A DNA stretch of 40,836 bases from a virus (taxonomy: Duplodnaviria; Caudoviricetes), in the IMG/VR virus record IMGVR_UViG_3300005542_000003, positions 1-40,836 of that record. One strand, given 5' to 3'. The position numbers were made by a program, and so were the translations under genes. The notes below the pieces were generated by a model. The model was not told the DNA's origin. It saw only the letters and a program-made list of their open reading frames with translations, and made no database searches. This document shows positions 8,304 through 16,871 of this stretch, in pieces; positions within the stretch are counted from its first letter, which is position 1; every line of letters begins with the position of its first letter.

Positions 8304-8479
8304 TAGGGCGCTTGACAAAGGGCGGATCGCAGCGATACACACCACTCGCTGGTGCTTGCCGCGCTCGCAACCATGACGCCCGTTGCCCCCCGGTTAGGGC
8401 GCGTCAGCGGTCTCTGCCCCGAGGCTGTCAGGGAGGCCCAAGGGTCTCCCTGTGGCCCCCGAGGGCTCCCCCAAGCCCC

Positions 8480-8508
8480 TTGACACACCTTAGCTTACAG
8501 TCCAGCCT
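8480..8508 (+). promoter_or_regulatory. Putative promoter of the replication operon
   Basis: aagcccc-TTGACA-N17-CAGCCT, mirrored by aagcccc-TTGACG-N17-GAGCCT before the late operon. Confidence 0.5.
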
Positions 8509-8583
8509 CCCTTGTTCTGGGGAACTATCCGACGCTTGGGCAAGTGTCGGTGAGACTAGCGCGGCAAAACTCACTGGTAACTC

Positions 8584-10815
8584 GTGGCATATCAGCATCA
8601 ATACGCAGAGATTGAAGCGGCGTTAACCGCATTCATCCGGCCTGGGCAGACATTCGAGATACGTCTGTTACACCATAACCATAAGCGTACCGATAGCGGA
8701 TACTTTAAAAGTCCAGTAGAAGCCGCTACCGCGATAGCGGGACTGGAAGAACATTACGCGGGTATCTATTACACACCCAATCCGGTAAACCCAGACTTAT
8801 CCGCGCGAGCCTTCAGCCGGATATCCCCATACGCTTCCCAGACAACTAAAGACGGCGATATCCTCGCGCGTCATTGGATACTCATTGACATTGATCCGGA
8901 TCGGCCAGCAGGTATTAGCTCAACACAGCGCGAACTAGACAACGCCTTTAAAGTAGCTGTTACTATTACAGGCATGTTAGAACTAGAAGGCTGGCCTAAG
9001 CCATACGTGAATGTAAGTGGCAACGGCTGTCACGTCATGTATTCCATGGACGAACCTAACACGGACGACGTACGAGATAGTTTACATTTGTTCCTTAAGA
9101 CACTCCATGCTCGATTTAAAGATCATGGCTGTTCCATAGACACGACCACATACAACGCCAGTAGGATATTCAGGCTCCCAGGTACATGGGCTCGCAAGGG
9201 CGATAGCACGCCCGATAGGCCACATCGCAAAGCGTATATGGTGGTCATCCCAGAGACAACAGTACCCGTTACAATAGCGCAAGTACGCGCGTTCAACTCC
9301 CGCAATTCCATGAGCCTCATGAACGGCTCCGCAGCGTACGCGACACAACGTAAGCCTCCTGTCGATGAGGACAAAAAGTTTAACGGCTTGAATAAGCACG
9401 CCATGGAGCGTATACATGAATGGGTGCCGAAATTCTTTGAAGCTGCTCGCCCGTACAAGGAAGGCTATCGAGTAGCATCGACGGACCTGGGACAGAACTA
9501 CGAGGAAGATTTAACCATACATCCATGGCCTCTAGGTATAAAATACTTTGGTATATCCGATCAGGGGGACCCCCAGGAAGGGAGGCGAACGCCGGTAGGG
9601 ATTTTAGCGGACTTACTTATGGGCGGCGATAAGGTTAAAGCTGCCAACTCATTAGCAAGTACTTTAAAGCTACCATTAACCGAGTTTGATATCCTTCCCA
9701 AGAACGGCCACAGTAATTTAGGACTTGACAAAACAAACGGGAAGATTATTCTTCCGGGGATAACGGCAAGCGAGATCAAATATGATTTTAGCGCCGTCCC
9801 GAACATCGCAGACTTACAAAAACGTACTTTTAAAGCACAGACATGGATAATTCCAGATGTATTACCAACGGGCTGTACGTTACTTGTGGCTCGGCCCAAG
9901 ATGCGTAAGACTTTCTTGGCATTACAATTATCGCTCGCGATGTGCGGCGCTCACGGTGGCCGATTTCTTGATTGGCGTTGTAATCCTGGCGAGGTACTTT
10001 TCCTTGGCCTGGAGGATAACGAGCGCCGCCTTAAGGCGCGTATAGCCTTGCTACAAACGTACGATCTTAACCCGCCAGACCTATCGGGGTTTCGTTACTG
10101 GACCGGAGGCGTGGACATATCGCCAACTACCGGCAGAATGTACGTGAGTAATCCTGAAGAAGCCGCTAGGACGTACTCGATGTTTCCTCGGGGACAAGCT
10201 GGCGTGGACGCCCTAGAGAAATATCTGGACGCGTACCCCAAGACAAAACTCATAGTCATAGACACGTACGCGCATTTTCGCGAGCAGTCCCGTAATAGCG
10301 ATGTATACCAGCGAGACTATGATCAGATGATGCCGATTACTCGTATGGCCGCACAACGCGATATATGCATAATGCCGGTACACCATGAAAAGAAAGGGCT
10401 GGCTAGCTCCGATAGCGCCGACTTTCTGGAAGATGTATCGGGGTCCGCAGGTATTACCGGAGCCGTTGATGGTGTAATGAGCATAAAGGGCAAGCGTGGC
10501 CCGGTAACGGATACAGGCGAGGAACGCAAGCTGTTCATTACTGGTCGCGATGTACCGCATGACTACGACATAGATACACTATTTGACGCAAAAAAGGGAG
10601 GCTGGCTTCCAGCCGCGCGCCAGGACGCCAAGGCAGTTATACTAACATTGCTTTCGCGTCACCCTTACATGGGACAGCTTGAAATCGTAAGCCTGTTGCC
10701 CCACATACCCCGCTCGCGTCTTACGCAAGTCCTGACTACGCTCGTGTACGAAGGCCACATCGTAAGGGGACGCGCGGGTTACTCACTACCCAACAACTTT
10801 AAAGGAGACTACTAG
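8584..10815 (+). CDS. Primase-helicase (AEP-like primase fused to RepA/AAA_25-type helicase)
   Basis: WILIDID, SGNGCH and RIFRLPG primase motifs; Walker A variant ARPKMRKT, Walker B LIVIDT, HHEKK, GSAGITGAVD. Confidence 0.85.
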   Translation: MAYQHQYAEIEAALTAFIRPGQTFEIRLLHHNHKRTDSGYFKSPVEAATAIAGLEEHYAGIYYTPNPVNPDLSARAFSRISPYASQTTKDGDILARHWILIDIDPDRPAGISSTQRELDNAFKVAVTITGMLELEGWPKPYVNVSGNGCHVMYSMDEPNTDDVRDSLHLFLKTLHARFKDHGCSIDTTTYNASRIFRLPGTWARKGDSTPDRPHRKAYMVVIPETTVPVTIAQVRAFNSRNSMSLMNGSAAYATQRKPPVDEDKKFNGLNKHAMERIHEWVPKFFEAARPYKEGYRVASTDLGQNYEEDLTIHPWPLGIKYFGISDQGDPQEGRRTPVGILADLLMGGDKVKAANSLASTLKLPLTEFDILPKNGHSNLGLDKTNGKIILPGITASEIKYDFSAVPNIADLQKRTFKAQTWIIPDVLPTGCTLLVARPKMRKTFLALQLSLAMCGAHGGRFLDWRCNPGEVLFLGLEDNERRLKARIALLQTYDLNPPDLSGFRYWTGGVDISPTTGRMYVSNPEEAARTYSMFPRGQAGVDALEKYLDAYPKTKLIVIDTYAHFREQSRNSDVYQRDYDQMMPITRMAAQRDICIMPVHHEKKGLASSDSADFLEDVSGSAGITGAVDGVMSIKGKRGPVTDTGEERKLFITGRDVPHDYDIDTLFDAKKGGWLPAARQDAKAVILTLLSRHPYMGQLEIVSLLPHIPRSRLTQVLTTLVYEGHIVRGRAGYSLPNNFKGDY

Positions 10816-10817
10816 CT

Positions 10818-11258
10818 ATGGCTATCTTGGAAGATATCTTGCACCAAATGACGCGTATCGCTAACGCCCTAGAGGCGTCGGCTATGCAATCCGGAACGGT
10901 GCAGCACGCGAGTAACACCGCCCCTCCGATGTCGTCGGGACAACTCACCAACGGCGCTCTGCAAGGTGGAGTACAGGCGCAACTGCCATTGACTACGCAC
11001 GTACAGCAGGCGATAAATAACCCTCCGCCAGCTACAAATATCACGGCGGAAGCCATCACGGCGCTTATCCAGCCGCATGTGGCGAACCCGGCAATCAAAG
11101 AGGCCCTTGGCGTTACCATGCGCTCCATGGGCATAAATGCGCTGCCGGATACTCAGCCGCATCAGTTTGCGGAGTTGTACGCGCGGTTCCAGGCTGTGAT
11201 CAATAATACCGGCATGGCGCAAGCGCATCAGCAACCGTCGTCCGCTTCCATCATCTGA
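10818..11258 (+). CDS. Low-complexity protein typically preceding DUF2800 nucleases
   Basis: aaggag SD; IANALE N-terminal helix, Q/P/A linker, small helical C-terminal domain. Confidence 0.7.
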   Translation: MAILEDILHQMTRIANALEASAMQSGTVQHASNTAPPMSSGQLTNGALQGGVQAQLPLTTHVQQAINNPPPATNITAEAITALIQPHVANPAIKEALGVTMRSMGINALPDTQPHQFAELYARFQAVINNTGMAQAHQQPSSASII

Positions 11259-11285
11259 CCTTTTAAAGCTAACAGGGAGATTTAT

Positions 11286-11516
11286 ATGGCTGAGAAATCT
11301 TACGGACAGAAAGCCGTGGGGATGGATTTCAACCCTAGCGGCGACGCCAACGTACGGCTAGTGAAGGAGGCTTACGCGGAAGTAATAGATCTCCTTAACG
11401 ACATGCGGAGTACTAATGAAGCTAGCGCCGAACTAAAGCGCAATTGTTCCCTCGCGATCACTCACGCGCAGACCGCCCAAATGTGGGCTGTCAAAGCCAT
11501 TACTTGGCGCTACTAA
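11286..11516 (+). CDS. Acb2/Tad1-like helical hairpin protein (candidate nucleotide-signal sponge)
   Basis: DFNPSG...SLAITHAQTAQMWAVKAIT resembles the C-terminal helix of the Acb2/Tad1 superfamily. Confidence 0.55.
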   Translation: MAEKSYGQKAVGMDFNPSGDANVRLVKEAYAEVIDLLNDMRSTNEASAELKRNCSLAITHAQTAQMWAVKAITWRY

Positions 11517-11533
11517 GGCAGTAGAGAACGGAC

Positions 11534-12778
11534 ATGGCAGCGCAACAACACGCCAAGAACAGACCGCCTAGCTCGGCGAAGCGTTGGCTGTCATGTCCGT
11601 TCTCCGCTAAGATTACGGAAATGTACCCGCATGAAACCACAGTACAATCGCTCAAAGGAGATACGTGGCATGATCTCATGCAAACTCTTATAACGTTTGG
11701 AACGCTACCGTTGGATGCGGACGCCGACGCAGCCGAAGAACTGGAGACTTTAAAGGACTTCGTGAATACGAAGGTACTAGAAGGCGGACCCGGTACTAGA
11801 ACCTTCGTCGAGCAACGGCTTGACATACCCGAAACAGGGGAGTTCGGTACAGCAGATATTGTCATAGTATCTCCAGCATTCATATACATAATAGACGAAA
11901 AGAGTGGCTACGTTCCAGTCAATGTAGAACGCAACGATCAGATGATGGTATACTTATTGGGCGCTATAGCCTTGTACGGCAAGCGACCGAAGTATGTCAT
12001 CGCTATACATCAGCCGAATTTCGATCATATAGATGGTACTATGCGATCCTACGAAGTGACAGAGGAAGAACTGGACGAGCTTAGGTTCAGGATAAAGGAG
12101 TCTTTAAAGAACCCCGATATGTGTAACGCAGGCCCATGGTGTAAAGCTACTTACTGCCCGCATCGCGGAGCATGTGAAGCGTTCCACACATATACACAAG
12201 ATTACCTGTCTCTCGGATGGCACAGTACGGAAGTTAAGGCCATGAAGGATAGCGTACTGGCGTCGGCGCTAGACGCGGCGGATGAGCTAGGCGGCTACCG
12301 GGCAGAGCTTCGCGCCGAGGCCATGCGGCGGCTCCTGGGTGATCGAGCGATAGAAGGCTACAAGATCGTCAAGGGAAGGCGCTCCAGGGCCGTCGCGGAC
12401 CCGGCCGGTGTGGTGGCAGCGGTCAAAGCCGCGATGGGCTCTGAGTGGGCTCTGAGGCTCTTTGACGGGCTGGAGTGGGCAGAGCTAGATTTGCTCCCGG
12501 CCATCGCCCAAGATGCGACCTTGAGCCCGTCTATTTTAAAGTTCCTTGGTACTCCTAAGCACATCGAGGACGTAATCAAACAGTACGCGAGGCAAGCCAA
12601 GCTACCTCGTGGTACATGGGAAACAGTGTACACCAATGTAGTTGGAAAGTACATTCGCGAAACGTCCGGTGGCCTGACACTTGAGAAAGCCATCGACGGG
12701 AGACCGGCTCACAAACGGGGTAGTGAGTTCGGAATACTAGACCCCGCAAACGGTACTGAAGGCAACACAATCATCTAA
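11534..12778 (+). CDS. Cas4-like PD-(D/E)xK exonuclease (DUF2800)
   Basis: PSSAKRWLSCP, FVEQRL, FGTAD, IIDEKSG, QMMVY, CKATYCPHRGAC. Confidence 0.85.
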   Translation: MAAQQHAKNRPPSSAKRWLSCPFSAKITEMYPHETTVQSLKGDTWHDLMQTLITFGTLPLDADADAAEELETLKDFVNTKVLEGGPGTRTFVEQRLDIPETGEFGTADIVIVSPAFIYIIDEKSGYVPVNVERNDQMMVYLLGAIALYGKRPKYVIAIHQPNFDHIDGTMRSYEVTEEELDELRFRIKESLKNPDMCNAGPWCKATYCPHRGACEAFHTYTQDYLSLGWHSTEVKAMKDSVLASALDAADELGGYRAELRAEAMRRLLGDRAIEGYKIVKGRRSRAVADPAGVVAAVKAAMGSEWALRLFDGLEWAELDLLPAIAQDATLSPSILKFLGTPKHIEDVIKQYARQAKLPRGTWETVYTNVVGKYIRETSGGLTLEKAIDGRPAHKRGSEFGILDPANGTEGNTII

Positions 12779-12801
12779 ACGCAAAGAAAGGTACTAAACT
12801 A

Positions 12802-13494
12802 ATGACCATCACTTCTCTATACGCCGGTAACAACGGCAAGCCGACGTTCAACGAGTTCATCACTCCAGTTGGCAAGATCGTACATTGCTACCACGACAGG
12901 CCACAGTTACAGGAAAACGAGAAAACAAGAACGCCTGTACTAGATGAGGACGGCATACAAAAGGCTGACTTTAAAGTCACCCTGGCGTGGCCCAAGGAAG
13001 AACTAAACACGTCGCTCATCCCGATGCGTACGCTGGCGGCGACGACACGTGATGAAGCCTGGGGTCCTGATTGCGCGAAGGACCAATGGTTCCGATTGGA
13101 GACGTTTCTGCGAGACGGCAACAATCCGGAGCACAATACGAAGCGGAAGGAATACCTGTTCGATATGGTGTACCTCAACTTCAAAACGAAGGCCATCCCG
13201 TCGCGTCAACCGGATGGGCGTATCGTCTACACTGGCAAGCCGGGGCTCATCGGCCCATATAACGAGGACTTGCTACCCATCGACGTGTACGCCGGATGCA
13301 CCGCTCGCATTTCGGGGATCATGTTTGCCACCGAGTACAGCGGACGCAAGTTCATCAGTACTCGTCTGAATAACATTCAGAAAGCGGCGGACGGCGAGCG
13401 CATGGGCGGGAGCGGTAAGCCTGACGCGCGTAGTCAGTTCGATCCGCTCTTAACCGCTCCGGTTGGCGGCGGCTTCGGTACTACGGTACTCTAG
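12802..13494 (+). CDS. ssDNA-binding protein (DUF2815 / T7 gp2.5-like)
   Basis: FLRDG, VYAGC, LNNIQKAADGERMGG; lies between the nuclease and the polymerase. Confidence 0.8.
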   Translation: MTITSLYAGNNGKPTFNEFITPVGKIVHCYHDRPQLQENEKTRTPVLDEDGIQKADFKVTLAWPKEELNTSLIPMRTLAATTRDEAWGPDCAKDQWFRLETFLRDGNNPEHNTKRKEYLFDMVYLNFKTKAIPSRQPDGRIVYTGKPGLIGPYNEDLLPIDVYAGCTARISGIMFATEYSGRKFISTRLNNIQKAADGERMGGSGKPDARSQFDPLLTAPVGGGFGTTVL

Positions 13495-13509
13495 GGGCGT
13501 AGCGTACCT

Positions 13510-15648
13510 ATGGTTGGCTTGCGGACACATATCGACTTCGAGAGTAGAAGTCTAGTAGACCTCATTAAGCTAGGCGAGCACACGTACGCTCGCCACTGGT
13601 CAACTACTCCGCTAATGCTTACCATAGGTACGGCTCCAAAGGGCGAGAAGCCTACTTTCCACACCATAGACTTCTTTAGTATACCGGGATACTCACAACA
13701 TGCATACCCGAAAAACCCGTTCCCGGACTGGTCACTCTTTAAAGTACCTTGCCCGCCTCTTATTGTGGCAGCACTCGAACGCGGCGACGTTTTCGTTGCA
13801 CATAACGCGAGATTTGAGCAGGCGCTATACTATTATATATGTCACATCAAATGGGGCTGGCCCTTACCTACATCGTGGTCGTGTACCGCGGCACGCAGTC
13901 GTTATTTTGGAATACGCGCCAGTCTTGACGGTAGTGCTTCGGACCTTGAAGTACCTACTCAGAAAGATGCGCGTGGTAAGCAATTCATCAACGACTTCTG
14001 TAAGCCAAGAAAGTACAAAGGAGCTAAGGGGCTTGGAGTTGTTAAAGACCTTTGGTACGAGCCAGAGGAAAATCCTGGGGGATGGGCCATTGGCCTCGAA
14101 TACTGCCAGATTGACGGAGAGGCAGAAGCAGACATAGACGCCATACTGCCCGATCTGCCGCCATTCGAGCAGGAAGTATGGGAGTGGGACTTTACCATAA
14201 ATACTCGTGGTGTACCTATAGACCTTGAGAGCGTACAACGCGCTAGGCAGTTCACTGAGTACTTCACCGAAAAAGCCGTAAGTAGGTTTGACGAAGTTAC
14301 GTCCCTACGCCCTACGCAGCGCGACAGGGTACTAGAGTACTTACAGCAGCGCGAGGAAATATCGGACCTGGGTGACTTGAGGTCTAAGACTTTAAAGCGT
14401 CTCATACGTTCTGAGTTCCCGCAGGACTTACAGGACGTAATTCAGATACGCTTGGATTGCTCCCTAGCGAGCATCAAGAAACTACAGACTATGGAGCGGT
14501 GTACGGACCCTGACGGTTTTGCCAGAGGCACGTTGCTATATGGTGGCGCTCACACTATGCGGTGGAGCAGCAAGCGCATTCAAGTACAGAATTTCAAGCG
14601 AGGTAATTCTAAAATACAGCGGCAAATGTTCGAGTATCTAACTGGTAATTCATGGGCGGATACTACACCAACAGACGGTAAGTATGCATGGATAGACGCC
14701 GCAGAGTGGCGCTTTATGCGACCTTTAAATGCGTTGTCCGTATCCATGAAAGGCTTTGTAAAAGCTACCCCTGGACGCAAGCTGGTAAGCGCCGATTTCT
14801 CGCAGATCGAGGCCAGAGTACTAGCGTGGCTTGCTAGGCAGATGGACTTACTACAGTCCTTCAGGGACAAGTTAGACCCGTATGTCAAGTTCTCAAGCGA
14901 GCATCTATACCGTCGCGACTACGACGATTGCTTCGTTACCGTGGACGGCAAGCGCCGCGTCGTAGCGGACTATGAGCGCCCGCGCCAGATCGCCAAATCT
15001 GCCGTGCTAGGTGCAGGGTTCGGCCTTGGGCCTCCCGGCTTCGTTGCGTACTGCGACAACTCGGATATTATCATAAGCCTGGACGAAGCCAAGAATACGA
15101 TAGGCGTGTACCGGGAGGCCAACGGCGACATAGTACGTCTTTGGGATCGGATAGAGCGGTGCGCCATCGGGGCCGTAGCGGCTCCTGGACGCACGTTTGA
15201 ATTGGGTACAACCGGGGTCAAGTTCTACACATGGTACGTTGACCAAGAACGCTATTGGCTCGTTATAGAGCTACCTAGCGGACGTTGCCTGCACTATTAC
15301 AGGCCGAAGCTGGACTTAGTGAACCGATGGGGACGTACGGTGGAGCAACTGTCGTACCGCATTGAATGGGTAGGCAGGAGCTACAGAGAGCAAACGTACG
15401 GCGGAAAAATAACAGAGAACATAGTACAAGCCATCGCAAGAGACATACTCGTGGTAGGTGGCCTCAAAGCTGAGAAGGCTGGATACCCGAGTATTTTGCT
15501 CTTGCATGATGATAACGTTACAATGCCTTTAAAGGATCACGGTAGCGCAGACGAGCTATGTCACATTATGTGTAATGAACAAGAGCCCTGGATAACCGAC
15601 TTACCCATAGCGGCTGAAGGGGCGGAAATGGAGAGACTAGGCAAATGA
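13510..15648 (+). CDS. Family A DNA polymerase with 3'-5' exonuclease
   Basis: Exo motifs IDFES, HNARFE, YCQID; motif A ADFSQIEARVLAW; motif B RQIAKSAVLGAGFG; motif C LLHDD. Confidence 0.95.
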   Translation: MVGLRTHIDFESRSLVDLIKLGEHTYARHWSTTPLMLTIGTAPKGEKPTFHTIDFFSIPGYSQHAYPKNPFPDWSLFKVPCPPLIVAALERGDVFVAHNARFEQALYYYICHIKWGWPLPTSWSCTAARSRYFGIRASLDGSASDLEVPTQKDARGKQFINDFCKPRKYKGAKGLGVVKDLWYEPEENPGGWAIGLEYCQIDGEAEADIDAILPDLPPFEQEVWEWDFTINTRGVPIDLESVQRARQFTEYFTEKAVSRFDEVTSLRPTQRDRVLEYLQQREEISDLGDLRSKTLKRLIRSEFPQDLQDVIQIRLDCSLASIKKLQTMERCTDPDGFARGTLLYGGAHTMRWSSKRIQVQNFKRGNSKIQRQMFEYLTGNSWADTTPTDGKYAWIDAAEWRFMRPLNALSVSMKGFVKATPGRKLVSADFSQIEARVLAWLARQMDLLQSFRDKLDPYVKFSSEHLYRRDYDDCFVTVDGKRRVVADYERPRQIAKSAVLGAGFGLGPPGFVAYCDNSDIIISLDEAKNTIGVYREANGDIVRLWDRIERCAIGAVAAPGRTFELGTTGVKFYTWYVDQERYWLVIELPSGRCLHYYRPKLDLVNRWGRTVEQLSYRIEWVGRSYREQTYGGKITENIVQAIARDILVVGGLKAEKAGYPSILLLHDDNVTMPLKDHGSADELCHIMCNEQEPWITDLPIAAEGAEMERLGK

Positions 15649-16094
15649 AAGTAAAATCATCACTCAACGTGCGTATCTTCGACCTTACTGAGTTCGAGTG
15701 GTACGGCGATAACCCGGAAACGGCGGGACCGCGACAATCAGCCATGCTAGAAACGGTCATGAAAGATGCATACGAGAGCGGGTGCAAGTACGCCGTTATA
15801 TTCGTAACGCCTGATGACTTGTTCTCCGTATCTCCAACCAACAAGCGACATAAGGTATTTTCTGAAAGCCTGTCGCCTATAGTTGGAAACCTGCAAGTCA
15901 CCATATCGGCTAACATTCCTCTTAAAAAGTACAACGAAGCTAACGCCCACCGTAGGGAAGCCATGCTTAAGCTGGCGGAAACTGATTTACTAGCTATGGG
16001 CAGTCATGTACCGGCTAAAGGTGTAGATATATCATACTTCGTGCTTGGAGTTGACGGGAGCAGCAGCACCATACTTAGGAGCGTCACATGCTAG
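15645..16094 (+). CDS. Hypothetical protein
   Basis: ATGA overlap with the polymerase stop. Confidence 0.7.
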   Translation: MKVKSSLNVRIFDLTEFEWYGDNPETAGPRQSAMLETVMKDAYESGCKYAVIFVTPDDLFSVSPTNKRHKVFSESLSPIVGNLQVTISANIPLKKYNEANAHRREAMLKLAETDLLAMGSHVPAKGVDISYFVLGVDGSSSTILRSVTC

Positions 16095-16411
16095 AGCGCA
16101 GTGTGGAGTACAGGCTAAAAGACCGTCTTGAGAGCAGAGGCTTTAAAGTTCTTAAGATGGTTACGCTCGGAACTATGGGAGCGCCAGATAGGCTCATACT
16201 GCGGCCTAAGTGGTCGCCTGGGCCACCGTGGCTTGTGGAGATAAAACGTCCCGGTAAGAAAGAGCGTCGGCTACAGGCTGCAATACGATTTGAATGGCGA
16301 GAGAGGGGACTTCTCGTACTTCATGCTGTTAGCACGTACGATGAAGTAGACGCTCTAGTCGATTACGTAACTAACATCTGCAACGCGGAGAGCATAGATG
16401 GCATTACATGA
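16088..16411 (+). CDS. VRR-NUC domain nuclease
   Basis: ERSVE, GAPDRLIL, VEIKRPG, LQ motifs. Confidence 0.85.
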   Translation: MLERSVEYRLKDRLESRGFKVLKMVTLGTMGAPDRLILRPKWSPGPPWLVEIKRPGKKERRLQAAIRFEWRERGLLVLHAVSTYDEVDALVDYVTNICNAESIDGIT

Positions 16412-16643
16412 AGAACCTGTTACGCCGGAAGTACAGGCCATACTCGATAAAATATGGACTATACTTCGCCAGGACATCACATCGGATAATGTAGCATCAT
16501 CCATGGCTGGTATACTCCAAATAGTCGGCGCAACGCTTAAAATCGTTAACCCGGACTACAGCCAGGAGTTCATACTTAGCAACGTACTACAAGGTGGCCG
16601 TATGGCTCACTTGCTGTTTGCTAAGACCAGGGGCAAGAACTAG
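16398..16643 (+). CDS. Hypothetical protein (paralog of the next gene)
   Basis: ggaga SD; aligns with 16644-16871. Confidence 0.7.
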   Translation: MALHEEPVTPEVQAILDKIWTILRQDITSDNVASSMAGILQIVGATLKIVNPDYSQEFILSNVLQGGRMAHLLFAKTRGKN

Positions 16644-16871
16644 ATGGGGGATAATTACGCATCAGATATGGTACTTATAGGCATATGGGCTTTACTGAAG
16701 GAACACGCCACACCGGATAATATAGATGATATACTAGCGCGTATGCTGCAAATAATTGGCGGCTCGCTTACCGTAATTAGTGCGGACAGAGAGACATGCG
16801 CGCAATTCGTAATAAATAATATACTTAAAGGCGAGGACATAGCTAATAGTGTATATGGGGGGATGAATTGA
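16644..16871 (+). CDS. Hypothetical protein (paralog of the previous gene)
   Basis: Abuts the previous stop; aligns with 16398-16643. Confidence 0.7.
   Translation: MGDNYASDMVLIGIWALLKEHATPDNIDDILARMLQIIGGSLTVISADRETCAQFVINNILKGEDIANSVYGGMN

Noticed and set aside
8312-8626. 104-aa ORF upstream of the primase
   Set aside because: It starts at the TTG of a TTGACA box and crosses a GC-rich hairpin/promoter region with Pro/Arg-rich, non-protein-like composition.
11534-12778. Cas4 as evidence of CRISPR-Cas
   Set aside because: It is the DUF2800-type nuclease of the common nuclease-SSB-PolA phage replication module.
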